Source of the DNA: Acidimicrobiia bacterium
GTDB taxonomy: Bacteria > Actinomycetota > Acidimicrobiia > IMCC26256 > JACPCJ01
Direction: 5' to 3'
DNA: 64,000 nucleotides
Assembly: GCA_035293045.1 (NCBI GenBank)
Contig: DATDOY010000034.1
Location: 4,006-68,005, forward strand
The position numbers and the translations under genes are program-made. Below, one piece after another: positions 55,680 through 64,000 of this stretch; the stretch's first letter is position 1; each line of letters opens with the position of its first letter. Under the pieces are notes generated by a model that was given only the letters and a program-made list of their open reading frames with translations, was not told the DNA's origin and made no database searches.

Positions 55680-56675
55680 ATGCCCGAACTCCGCCGCAAT
55701 CCCATCAACGGCCAGTGGGTCGTCGTCGCCCCCGCCCGAGCGGCGCGGCCCGATACGTTCCGCGCCGCCGACGGCGCGCAGTCGCGCCGAGGACTCGAAC
55801 CCTGTCCGTTCTGCCCCGGCCATGAAGCCGAGACGCCTCCCGAGGTCGCCCGGACCGGTGAGGGGGAACCCGACACGCCGGGCTGGCGCATCCGCGTCGT
55901 TCCCAACCTCTACCCGCTCGTGGATGGCTCGCCGGTGAGCACCGCGGCGACGTTCTCGCGTTTCCACGATGCCGTGCGCGCCGCGGGCGCCCACGAAGTG
56001 GTGGTGCTCTCGCCCGACCATCACCGCTCCCTCGCCGACCTCACCGGGGTCGAGATCGAGGAACTCTTCGAGGTCGTCGGCGAGCGGGTGCGGGCGCACA
56101 CGTCCGCTGGTCACGAGTACGTGCAGGTCCTCGTCAACCACGGAAGGGCCGCAGGGGCGTCGATCGACCACCCACACGCCCAACTCGTCGCCATCGGGGT
56201 GGCCCCACCCGCGGTCGACGTGGAAGCCCAGCGCATCCTCGCGGCGCGCGAGTGTCCGGTGTGCCGCGCCCTCGCCGAGGACGCCGACCGCACCGCGCCG
56301 CTTTTCGTGGCGGAGTCGCCTGCTCCCATCTGGTGTCCCTGGTGGTCCGGCGTGCCGTTCGAGGTCCTCGTGGCGCCGCGCAACCACGAGCCGCACTTCG
56401 AGTACGCCCGCGAGCTCGGCGACGTGGCGCGCTCGATCGGTCATGGCCTCGGGCTGCTGCGCAACGCCCTCGGGGACATCCCCTACAACGTCGTGCTCCA
56501 CACGTCCCCGCACTCCAACGGCGACGACTTCCACTGGCACGCCCACATCTGGCCCCGCTTGGTGATCCAGGCCGGCTTCGAGCAGGGCACCGGCATCCTG
56601 GTCAACCAAGTGCCGCCGGAACACGCCGCCGCCGCGCTGCGCGCCGCCGGCCGGGGCGCGGAGCCGCCGGCGTGA
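55680..56675 (+). CDS. galT: Galactose-1-phosphate uridylyltransferase (HIT superfamily)
   Basis: 331 aa with the zinc-knuckle CPFCPGHE and the HPHAQL active-site HxHxQ motif. Confidence 0.88.
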   Translation: MPELRRNPINGQWVVVAPARAARPDTFRAADGAQSRRGLEPCPFCPGHEAETPPEVARTGEGEPDTPGWRIRVVPNLYPLVDGSPVSTAATFSRFHDAVRAAGAHEVVVLSPDHHRSLADLTGVEIEELFEVVGERVRAHTSAGHEYVQVLVNHGRAAGASIDHPHAQLVAIGVAPPAVDVEAQRILAARECPVCRALAEDADRTAPLFVAESPAPIWCPWWSGVPFEVLVAPRNHEPHFEYARELGDVARSIGHGLGLLRNALGDIPYNVVLHTSPHSNGDDFHWHAHIWPRLVIQAGFEQGTGILVNQVPPEHAAAALRAAGRGAEPPA

Positions 56676-57109
56676 CGCGCCTGCATGTCGAGGTCGTGAT
56701 CGATGCTCCACCGGCGGCGGTGTGGGCGGAGATCGAAGACGTCGCGTCGCACGTCGAGTGGATGGCCGAAGCGGTGGCGATCAGGTTCCGCAGCGCCCAG
56801 CACCAGGGCGTCGGGACGGAAATCGAGTGCGACACCCGGGTGGGCCCCCTCACCACCACCGACGTTCTCCGGTTCGTCGAATGGACGCCCCCGCGTGTCA
56901 TGGGGATCGAACACACCGGCGCCGTGAAGGGCAGCGGGCGATTCCTGTTGGAGCCGATCGCGGATTCCCGCACGCGGTTCGCGTGGGACGAGGACTTGAC
57001 CTTCCCGCTCCGGCTCGGAGGTCGGCTCGGAGGCGTCGTCGGCGCCGCCCTCTTGCGGCGGGTGTGGGCCCGCAACCTCACCCGCCTCAAGCGGAGGATC
57101 GAGGCGTAG
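56672..57109 (+). CDS. SRPBCC family protein
   Basis: 145 aa. The GTG start overlaps the galT stop (GTGA). VEVVIDAPPAAVWAEIEDVASHVEWM is a typical SRPBCC N-terminus. Confidence 0.7.
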   Translation: MTRLHVEVVIDAPPAAVWAEIEDVASHVEWMAEAVAIRFRSAQHQGVGTEIECDTRVGPLTTTDVLRFVEWTPPRVMGIEHTGAVKGSGRFLLEPIADSRTRFAWDEDLTFPLRLGGRLGGVVGAALLRRVWARNLTRLKRRIEA

Positions 57110-57123
57110 CGGCGGCCATGGTG

Positions 57124-57219
57124 GGCGCCCGAGCGAGGTGGCGGGTGGGTGGGCGAGCGAGGGCTCGCGGTGGCCAGGGTCGGCGCCCGAGCGAGGTGGC
57201 GGGTGGGTGGGCGAGCGAG
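57124..57219. repeat. Two direct copies of a 38-nt GC-rich unit (period 58 nt) in a convergent intergenic region
   Basis: GGCGCCCGAGCGAGGTGGCGGGTGGGTGGGCGAGCGAG occurs identically at 57124-57161 and 57182-57219. It is followed by a GCGAGC-rich tract. Confidence 0.9.
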
Positions 57220-57286
57220 CGCAGCGAGCGAGGGCGAGCGAGGGCGCCAACCATGGCCACACGTGCGAGCCGGTTGCGCGCCAGGG

Positions 57287-58066
57287 TCAGCGGCCGGAGA
57301 AGTTGGCCTTCCCGGGGCCGTGTTCGAGGAAGCTCTGCACGCCGACGGTGGCGTCCTCGGTCTCGAACACCTCGGCAAAGGCGTCCGTCTCGGCCGCGAG
57401 TCCCTCGTCCAGCGGTCGGCCGAGCCCGGCGTGGATGGCCCGCTTCGCGAGGCCCATCGCCACCACCGCCCCCGACGCCAACGCTGTCGCCCATGCCATG
57501 GCGGCGTCCCCGAGTTCCGCGGCCGGAACGACGCGGTCGACGAGCCCAATCCCCAACGCCTCGTCGGCCTTGACCTGCCGTCCCGTCCAGATGATCTCTT
57601 TGGCACGCGCCGGTCCGACGAGACGCGTCAGCCGCTGGGTTCCGCCGCCCCCGGGGATGATGCCGAGCAGGATCTCCGGCTGGCCGAGCCGGGCGTCGTC
57701 GCTCGCGATGCGCAGGTCGCACGCCATGGCCACCTCGAGCCCGCCACCGAGGGCATAGCCGCGGAGGGCGGCGATCACGGGCCGGGGCAGCGCCTCGAGC
57801 GCGCCACAGGCCTCGTGGAACACCCCCGCCACCCGCCGGGCCTCGCCGGGGCCCGCGAACTCCTTGATGTCGGCACCGGCGGCGAAGGCGCGATCCCCTG
57901 CCCCGGTGACCACCACGGCCTTCACGGCGGCGTCGCCGGCGAGGTCCTTTGCGGCCGAGGCCAACTCGGAGAGCAGGGCGCTCGACAGCGCGTTGAGCGG
58001 CGGATTATCGAGCATGATGACGGCGACGCCGCCGTCGTGGCGGTCGAGCTTCACGAGGTCGGACAC
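57287..58066 (-). CDS. Enoyl-CoA hydratase/isomerase (crotonase) family protein
   Basis: 259 aa from GTG 58066: VAVIMLDNPPLNAL...VVVTGAGDRAFAAGADIKEF...GYALGGGLEVAMACD. Confidence 0.9.
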   Translation of the reverse strand: MSDLVKLDRHDGGVAVIMLDNPPLNALSSALLSELASAAKDLAGDAAVKAVVVTGAGDRAFAAGADIKEFAGPGEARRVAGVFHEACGALEALPRPVIAALRGYALGGGLEVAMACDLRIASDDARLGQPEILLGIIPGGGGTQRLTRLVGPARAKEIIWTGRQVKADEALGIGLVDRVVPAAELGDAAMAWATALASGAVVAMGLAKRAIHAGLGRPLDEGLAAETDAFAEVFETEDATVGVQSFLEHGPGKANFSGR

Positions 58067-58151
58067 GTACGGGACGTTACCGGGAACCGATCGCCGGGTC
58101 GCAGCGTCTGATCGGTGGGTTCCACCACGAGACACACAGGGGTTCGCACAC

Positions 58152-60302
58152 ATGACCGGATCACTCCGCCGCCTCACCATCACCGCCACCTCCCTTCTCC
58201 TCGTCGCCGGCTGCAACGGCGATTCGATCTACGACGGCGGCGCCTCCCGGCCCGACGGGCCACCCGAGTTGGCGCTGCGCCTCGAACTCGCCGCCAACCT
58301 CGAACCCTTCGGCGACTGCGAAGAGCTCCTCGGCTATTTCGAGGAGTCAGCGCGTGAGATCGCCACGTCATTCGAGGTCCCCATCGCCGATGCCGTCGGT
58401 CCCCTCCCCCCCGCCGGCGCCCAGGCGGAAAGCAGGGGTGACGACCTCGGCGCGGCCGCTGGCCAGGCGGGAGACGCATCGGGCGCCGCCGGTGTCGCCG
58501 CCGACAGCGCAGAAGGCGCCCTCGCCACCTCGGAACCGCCGGCCACCGGCGGCCCGACCGAGTTCTCGGGCACCAACATCCAAGAGCGCGGGGTCGACGA
58601 ACCCGACCTCGTGAAGACCGACGGCGAACGCATCGTCGCCGTCTCGCAGAACCGCCTGTTCGTCGTGGTTCCGGAGGGATCGGGGACGCGGGTCGTTGGC
58701 TCGGTCACGCTTCCCTCCGAAGGCGGCCACGAGGTCTTCCTGCACCGGGACCGGGTGATCGTGCTCACGCGCTCGTATTACGCGATCCCGCTTGGCGGGC
58801 CCGAGGTCGGGGGCAACCCCGTCGCCGACTACGCGGCGCCGACCGCGAGCACCACCGTCGTGACGGCCGTCGACATCTCCGACCCCACAGCGCCCTCGGT
58901 GGCGACGTCGGCCACCTTCGAGGGCGACTACGTGTCGGCGCGACTGCACGAGGGGGTGGTTCGCCTCGTGCTCACCTCCTACCCGGGCGGGCATTTCGCA
59001 CCGGCCGCGCTCGAGGGCACGGAGATCGACGACTGGCTCCCCAACGCGGTCGAAGGCTCCGACCCCAACTCGTCGGAGGCCACCGACCTCCTCGTTCCCT
59101 GCGACGCCGTCGCCCGGCCACCGGAGCCCTCGGGAACGGGAACCGTCACGGTGCTCACGATCGACGCCGGCGGTTCGATGGAACCGATCGATACCGACGC
59201 CGTCGTCGCCGACGCGCAGACCGTGTACGCGTCGACAGAAACGCTCTATGTCGCCACGAACCAATGGCACGATCCGAGCACGACGGTCGACGGATCGGAG
59301 ACCACCACCGAGCTCCACGCCTTCGACATCTCCGAGCCCGACCGGACGACGTACCTCGCGTCGGGCAGGGTGCGTGGCCAGCTCCTGAACCAGTGGTCGC
59401 TCTCGGAGCACGAGGGCCATCTCCGCGTCGCCACCACCGACGGCTCACCATGGGGTCCGGCGGACGGCCAGTCGACGTCCGAGAGTTTCATGAGCGTCAT
59501 CCGGCGCGAGGGCGACCGCTTGGCGATCGTCGGACAAGTCGGCGGCCTCGGAAAGGGCGAGACCATCCAGTCGGTGCGCTACATCGGCGACATCGGCTTC
59601 GTCGTCACGTTCCGCCAGACGGATCCGCTGTACGCGCTCGACCTTTCCGACCCGTCGTCGCCCCGGGTCGTGGGTGAGCTGAAGGTCCCAGGGTTCTCGG
59701 CCTACCTGCATCCGATCGAGGGCGACCGCCTCCTCGGTGTGGGTCAGGACGCCACCAACGAGGGCGTTCGCATCGGCACGCAGGTTTCGTTGTTCGACGT
59801 CTCCGACGTCACCGATCTGAAGCGCCTCGACAACGTCACCATCGAGAACGCGTCATCGTCGGTCGAGTTCGACGCCAAGGCGTTCCTGTGGTGGGCCCAG
59901 CGCGAGCTGGCCCTCGTCCCCGTCGAGATCTACGGCCCGCCGATCGCCACCGGGGTCATCGAACCGGTGCCCGTGTCGCCCGACTCCCCTGACACTCCCG
60001 TCGCCGGCGGCGACGCCGTCGCCGAACCAAGCATTGGCATCGCTCCGCCGCCGCCCGTCGACGTGTTCAGTGGCCTCGTCGCATTCCGAGTGGAAGGCGG
60101 CAACGTCGACGAGAGGGCCCGGATCACCCACCAGGACCAGGCCGCTTCCCTGTCGGGGACGGCGTCCGATCCGTACTACGGGGGGCCGCAGATCCTGAGG
60201 GCCATCGTGGTCGGCGACAGCCTCTACACGGTCTCCTCGGTGGGAATCATGGCGAGCGACCTTGGGTCGTTTGCCGAGCAGGGCTTCGCCGCCTTCTCCT
60301 GA
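58152..60302 (+). CDS. Beta-propeller domain lipoprotein (PF09826-like)
   Basis: 716 aa from ATG 58152. Lipobox LLLVAGC is present. FSGTNIQERGVDEPDLVKTDGERIV matches the conserved start of secreted Beta_propel-family proteins. Confidence 0.75.
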   Translation: MTGSLRRLTITATSLLLVAGCNGDSIYDGGASRPDGPPELALRLELAANLEPFGDCEELLGYFEESAREIATSFEVPIADAVGPLPPAGAQAESRGDDLGAAAGQAGDASGAAGVAADSAEGALATSEPPATGGPTEFSGTNIQERGVDEPDLVKTDGERIVAVSQNRLFVVVPEGSGTRVVGSVTLPSEGGHEVFLHRDRVIVLTRSYYAIPLGGPEVGGNPVADYAAPTASTTVVTAVDISDPTAPSVATSATFEGDYVSARLHEGVVRLVLTSYPGGHFAPAALEGTEIDDWLPNAVEGSDPNSSEATDLLVPCDAVARPPEPSGTGTVTVLTIDAGGSMEPIDTDAVVADAQTVYASTETLYVATNQWHDPSTTVDGSETTTELHAFDISEPDRTTYLASGRVRGQLLNQWSLSEHEGHLRVATTDGSPWGPADGQSTSESFMSVIRREGDRLAIVGQVGGLGKGETIQSVRYIGDIGFVVTFRQTDPLYALDLSDPSSPRVVGELKVPGFSAYLHPIEGDRLLGVGQDATNEGVRIGTQVSLFDVSDVTDLKRLDNVTIENASSSVEFDAKAFLWWAQRELALVPVEIYGPPIATGVIEPVPVSPDSPDTPVAGGDAVAEPSIGIAPPPPVDVFSGLVAFRVEGGNVDERARITHQDQAASLSGTASDPYYGGPQILRAIVVGDSLYTVSSVGIMASDLGSFAEQGFAAFS

Positions 60303-60330
60303 GCTTCGCAGGCCTCCTGAGCGCGATGGC

Positions 60331-61275
60331 TCACGCCTCGCCCATGAGCCGGTCGGCAGCTGCGTAGGGGTCGAGGGTGCGCGATCGCACGCCCTCGACC
60401 GCTGCGTCGAAGGCGGGGCCCTCGCAGATCTCGGCGGCCCGTTCGTGCAGTCGCTGGAGGACGATGTCGTGCAGTTCGCGCCGCACGCGGTCGGCGCGCC
60501 GGCGGTCGAGTTCGCCCGACGATTCGAGGTGGGCGCGGTGCTCGCCGATGGCGGCCCACAACTCAGACACGCCGTCGCCCGACGTGGCGACCGTGCTCAG
60601 GATGGGCGGACGCCATTCGGAGAGGTCGGAGAGCTCGAGCATTAACTCGAGGTCGCGACGCGTGTCGGCGGCGCCGTCACGATCGGCCTTGTTGATCACG
60701 AAGATGTCGGCGATCTCCATCAAGCCAGCCTTGTTGGCTTGGACGGCGTCACCCCACCCCGGCGTGACAACCACGATGGTGGTGTCGGCGGCGCCGGCGA
60801 TCTCGACCTCGACCTGACCAACGCCGACCGTCTCGATGATCACCCACGGCTTCCCGGAGGCGTCGAGCACGCGAACGGCTTGGGGCGTGGCGAGAGCGAG
60901 ACCACCCATGTGACCGCGCGTCGCCATCGAGCGGATGAACACGCCAGGGTCGGTGGCGTGCTCTTGCATCCGCACGCGGTCACCGAGAATCGCTCCCCCG
61001 CTGAACGGACTCGACGGATCGACGGCGAGCACGCCGACCTCGTCACCGGCGGCGCGGATCTCGGTGACGAGCTGGTCCGTCAGCGTCGACTTTCCCGCCC
61101 CGGGCGATCCGGTGATCCCGACCGTGTACGCCGATCCCGTGTGCCGGAACAGTTGTGCGACGGCGTCGTGCGCCCCCTCGCCGCCCCGTTCGAGGAGAGA
61201 AATGAGCTTGGCGACGCCGCGCCGGTCGCCGTCGACCGCGAGGGCGACGAGATCGTGGGCGGCGATGGCGGCCAC
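60331..61275 (-). CDS. meaB: Methylmalonyl-CoA mutase-associated G3E GTPase MeaB/ArgK
   Basis: 314 aa with P-loop GSPGAGKST, then ETVGVGQ and the NKAD motif. Confidence 0.9.
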   Translation of the reverse strand: MAAIAAHDLVALAVDGDRRGVAKLISLLERGGEGAHDAVAQLFRHTGSAYTVGITGSPGAGKSTLTDQLVTEIRAAGDEVGVLAVDPSSPFSGGAILGDRVRMQEHATDPGVFIRSMATRGHMGGLALATPQAVRVLDASGKPWVIIETVGVGQVEVEIAGAADTTIVVVTPGWGDAVQANKAGLMEIADIFVINKADRDGAADTRRDLELMLELSDLSEWRPPILSTVATSGDGVSELWAAIGEHRAHLESSGELDRRRADRVRRELHDIVLQRLHERAAEICEGPAFDAAVEGVRSRTLDPYAAADRLMGEA

Positions 61276-61282
61276 GGCGGGT

Positions 61283-61543
61283 TCAGGCGCCGAACGAAAG
61301 TGCGGTTCCCTCGGCCGCCACGTCGACGACCTCGGTGACCCCGGGTACGCGATCCTTCAGGATGCGCTCGACGCCCGCCTTGAGCGTCGTGGTGGAGATG
61401 GGGCACGTGCCGCACGCCCCCTCGAGGCTCACCCGCACCACGCCGTCGTCGGTGACCTCGACCACGGTGAGGTCGCCGCCGTCGGCCTTGAGCGCCGGCC
61501 GGATCACGTCCATCGCCGCTTCGAGCTTTTCGAGATCGACCAC
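61283..61543 (-). CDS. NifU-like (Nfu C-terminal domain) Fe-S cluster protein
   Basis: 86 aa: IRPALKADGGDLTVVEV...GACGTCPISTTTLKAGVE, with a CxxC motif. Confidence 0.85.
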   Translation of the reverse strand: MVDLEKLEAAMDVIRPALKADGGDLTVVEVTDDGVVRVSLEGACGTCPISTTTLKAGVERILKDRVPGVTEVVDVAAEGTALSFGA

Positions 61544-61559
61544 GTCTTCAGTATCCCAT

Positions 61560-62819
61560 TCAGGCGTCGTCGCGTCGGATGTCGGCGCCGAGGCTGGCCA
61601 GCTTCCCGGCGAGATCCTCGTAGCCCCGGTCGACGTGGTGCGTGTCGATCACCCGCGTCTCGCCGTCGGCGGCCAGCGCGGCCAGCGTCAAGGCGGCACC
61701 CGCCCGCACGTCGTTGGCGACGACCGGCGCTCCCGACAGGCGTTCCACCCCCCGGATCACCGCGTGGCGACCTTCGGTGCGGATGTCGGCGCCCATCCGG
61801 TTGAGTTCGTCGACGAACCCGAAGCGGTTGTCGAAGAGGTTCTCAGTGACGATGGCGGTTCCCTCCGCGATCGAGAGCAGTGCGACGGCGGTGGGCATGA
61901 AGTCGGTGGCGAACCCGGGATACGGGAGCGTCGCGATATCCACCGCGCGGGGGCGGCCGTCGGCGCGGACCCACAGGCCCTCGGCCGTGGGCGACACCTT
62001 CAACCCCATCTCGCCGAGCTTCACGACCACCATCTCGAGGTCTTCCATCCGCGCGCCCTCGAGGGTGACCTCGCCCCCGGCGACGCCGCACGCCATGAGC
62101 AGGGTGCCGGCCTCGATCCGGTCGGGGATGATGACCGAGTCGACCGGCTCGACGCCCTCGACGCCCTCGACCTCGACGGTCGAGGTGCCGGCGCCGATCA
62201 CCTGCCCGCCCATGCGGTTGAGCGTCGACGCGAGGTCGGCGATCTCGGGCTCGCGCGCCGCGTTCTCGATGACGGTCACGCCGTCGGCGAGCACGGCGGC
62301 GAGCATGAGGTTCTCGGTGGCCCCCACGCTCGGAAAATCGAGGACGTGGCGGGCCCCGACCAGGCCGGGCGTCGACGCTTCGATGTACCCGTGCACGATG
62401 GCGATGTTGGCTCCCATCGCTTCGAGGCCGCGGAAATGCATGTCGAGCTTGCGCGAGCCGATGTTGTCGCCGCCCGGCATCGCGACGCGCGCTTCGTGGC
62501 ACCGGCCGAGGAGCGCGCCGAGCACGTTGACCGACGCCCGCATCCGCGACACCAGCTCGTAGGGCGCGTGCGGGGTGATCGTCCCGCTGGTGTCGACTTC
62601 GACGACGTCGTCGCCGGGCTGGTTGACCCCAACCCCTAGTTCGCGGAATAGGTCGACCATGACCGGGAGGTCGCCGACGGGGGTCATGTTGCGGAGCACG
62701 GTGGTGCCCGGCGCGAGAAGCGCGGCGCACATCTGCTTGAGGCCCGCGTTCTTCGTGGCGCCCGCCACGCGGACCGAACCCTCGAGGGGCGCGCCGGGGC
62801 GGATCACAAACGAACTCAT
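61560..62819 (-). CDS. murA: UDP-N-acetylglucosamine 1-carboxyvinyltransferase
   Basis: 419 aa from ATG 62819: MSSFVIRPGAPLEGSVRVAGATKNAGLKQMCAALLA..., an EPSP-synthase fold. The active-site loop reads PGGDNIGSRKLD, with Asp at the position usually Cys. Confidence 0.9.
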   Translation of the reverse strand: MSSFVIRPGAPLEGSVRVAGATKNAGLKQMCAALLAPGTTVLRNMTPVGDLPVMVDLFRELGVGVNQPGDDVVEVDTSGTITPHAPYELVSRMRASVNVLGALLGRCHEARVAMPGGDNIGSRKLDMHFRGLEAMGANIAIVHGYIEASTPGLVGARHVLDFPSVGATENLMLAAVLADGVTVIENAAREPEIADLASTLNRMGGQVIGAGTSTVEVEGVEGVEPVDSVIIPDRIEAGTLLMACGVAGGEVTLEGARMEDLEMVVVKLGEMGLKVSPTAEGLWVRADGRPRAVDIATLPYPGFATDFMPTAVALLSIAEGTAIVTENLFDNRFGFVDELNRMGADIRTEGRHAVIRGVERLSGAPVVANDVRAGAALTLAALAADGETRVIDTHHVDRGYEDLAGKLASLGADIRRDDA

Positions 62820-62955
62820 CGGCGAAAGGGTAGGTCTCTCGGCCCCTCGCTGACGCATACTCACGCCTGAGATGGACATGCCGAGAGCGGTGCTCTTCGC
62901 CAGCCTGCCGGCGCCTGAGGCAAGACACGTCATGACCGCACGCCAGACTTGACGG

Positions 62956-63660
62956 ATGCGTCAAGCCAGCGAGGAGCCGCCGAAGGCGGTGCTTTTCGAC
63001 TTCCATGACACGCTGGCGGAGCTCGTCGGTGGCACCGAGCGGGTCGTCGCGAGCGAGATCGGCGCGCCCGTCGAAGACGTTCGCCTCGCCGTTGCTCGGG
63101 CCTTCGACGAGCGAGTGCCATTGCTGCGTGCGGAGGGGGTGTGGCCGGGCCAACCTGGCGTGATGTTCCACCGCCTCTACGAGCATGTCTATGAGTTCCT
63201 CGGCCTCGAGGCCGACCCCGCGCCGGTGGTCGATCGGCTGAACGCCCTGTTTTGGGCGGCCGACTCGTATCGGGCCTACCCCGATTCCGCGCCCGTCCTC
63301 AGGCGACTCCACGATGCGGGGTTCCGCCTCGGGGTCGTGTCGAACTCCGACTTCGACCTCCACCACGTGCTCGACCACATCGACCTCGGGAAGATCATCG
63401 ACGTCGCGGTGCCCGCGTTCCTGCACGGCGTCGAGAAGCCCGACCCCGCCGCGTTCGACCTCGCCCTCGACGGCCTCGGCGTCGCCGCCGCCGACTGCTG
63501 GTTCGTCGGCGACCACCCCGAGTTCGACGCGGTCGCGTCACACGTGCTCGGCATGACCGCGGTCCTCGTCGACCGCGAGGACCGTCACGCCGCGACCGAC
63601 TGGCCCTTCCCGCGCATTCGCGACCTCACACCCCTTCCCGCGATGCTCGGGCTGGCCTGA
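62956..63660 (+). CDS. HAD superfamily hydrolase
   Basis: 234 aa with motif I VLFDFHDTL, motif II VVSNSD and motif IV WFVGDHPEFD. Confidence 0.8.
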   Translation: MRQASEEPPKAVLFDFHDTLAELVGGTERVVASEIGAPVEDVRLAVARAFDERVPLLRAEGVWPGQPGVMFHRLYEHVYEFLGLEADPAPVVDRLNALFWAADSYRAYPDSAPVLRRLHDAGFRLGVVSNSDFDLHHVLDHIDLGKIIDVAVPAFLHGVEKPDPAAFDLALDGLGVAAADCWFVGDHPEFDAVASHVLGMTAVLVDREDRHAATDWPFPRIRDLTPLPAMLGLA

Positions 63661-63673
63661 CCATGGGGCGTCG

Positions 63674-64000
63674 GTGATCCGCTCGCGAACGATCGCCTAT
63701 CGGGTCATCCGGTTGTGGTGGCGCGTGGCGCGTCCGCGGACGCTCGGGGCGCGCGTCCTCATCGTCGACGCGGAAGGCCGCGTGCTGCTGATCCGCCACA
63801 CCTACCGGCGCGGGTGGCATCTTCCCGGGGGCGGGGTGCGCCGCGCCGAGTCGTTCGAGGCGGCGGCGCGGCGCGAAGCCCGCGAAGAGGTCGGCGTAAT
63901 CCTCGGCGCCCCGCTCGAGCTCCTCGGGATGTACTACAGCGACGACGAGGGGAAGTTCGACCACATCGCCGTCTACGTGGCGCGGGTGTGGGAGGGAACG
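63674..64000 (+). CDS. Nudix hydrolase, 3'-truncated by the window edge
   Basis: Open frame from GTG 63674 to the end of the window. The Nudix box is GGGVRRAESFEAAARREAREEVGV. It is absent from the ORF track because no stop falls within the window. Confidence 0.75.
   Translation, partial: MIRSRTIAYRVIRLWWRVARPRTLGARVLIVDAEGRVLLIRHTYRRGWHLPGGGVRRAESFEAAARREAREEVGVILGAPLELLGMYYSDDEGKFDHIAVYVARVWEGT

Noticed and set aside
62879-63003. Apparent partial duplication of the HAD gene 5' end (GCCGAGAGCGGTGCTCTTCGCC upstream against GCCGAAGGCGGTGCTTTTCGAC in the gene), forming a 24-codon upstream ORF.
   Set aside because: Only about 18 of 22 nt match over a short GC-rich stretch, which is compatible with chance. 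No RBS or other support was found.

Overview
High-GC (roughly 68-70% by eye), very compact, gene-dense chromosomal segment. Gene content and order look like an Actinomycetota core region. The synteny resembles Mycobacterium/Streptomyces: prfB-ftsE-ftsX, secA-hpf-comF, sahH-PMI-pmm-DUF3499, fbiA-fbiB-manC-wbbL-rmlD-LCP and birA-acc. The lineage (possibly Acidimicrobiia-like) is inference only. I call about 58 CDSs. Most of the long ORFs on the opposite strand are GC-driven shadow ORFs. I could not support any rRNA, intact tRNA, CRISPR array, transposase or integrase. Main blocks are as follows. (1) A 5'-truncated S8 peptidase, msrA, a thioesterase and MscS. (2) prfB-ftsEX followed by an unknown membrane protein and a catalytically intact coiled-coil M23 peptidase. 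(3) secA, DUF2079, an orphan LuxR-type response regulator, hpf, and a small FlgM-like ORF coupled to comF. (4) An ahcY / PGI-PMI / Trm112 / phosphomannomutase operon headed by an unlisted 55-aa zinc-ribbon ORF and a 799-aa polytopic membrane protein. (5) ftsH, then a 1076-aa GT2-plus-polytopic-membrane synthase translationally coupled to a DUF5719-like secreted protein. (6) cofD-cofE. (7) An 8-gene rhamnose/cell-wall glycosylation operon running rmlB to galE-like. (8) A 1.4-kb islet between rmlB and the LCP gene. It is bounded by a perfect 22-nt tRNA-Pro-like direct repeat and carries a tRNA-like minihelix and a beta-helix repeat protein interrupted at a G7 homopolymer. (9) ACAD, pabBC, birA/accA, an LpdA-like flavoprotein, CDF, galT, crotonase, a beta-propeller lipoprotein, meaB, nfu, murA, HAD and Nudix. 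The non-coding signals worth a second look are these. A two-member family of long palindromic hairpins shows a compensatory base change (8092-8151 and 37264-37323). A 23-bp perfect palindrome sits at the pabC/birA junction. A palindrome fills the entire 21-bp birA-accA divergent spacer. A 38-bp direct repeat framed by inverted repeats lies at 57114-57258. All family names come from motif recognition by eye. No database search, HMM or RNA-folding computation was run.
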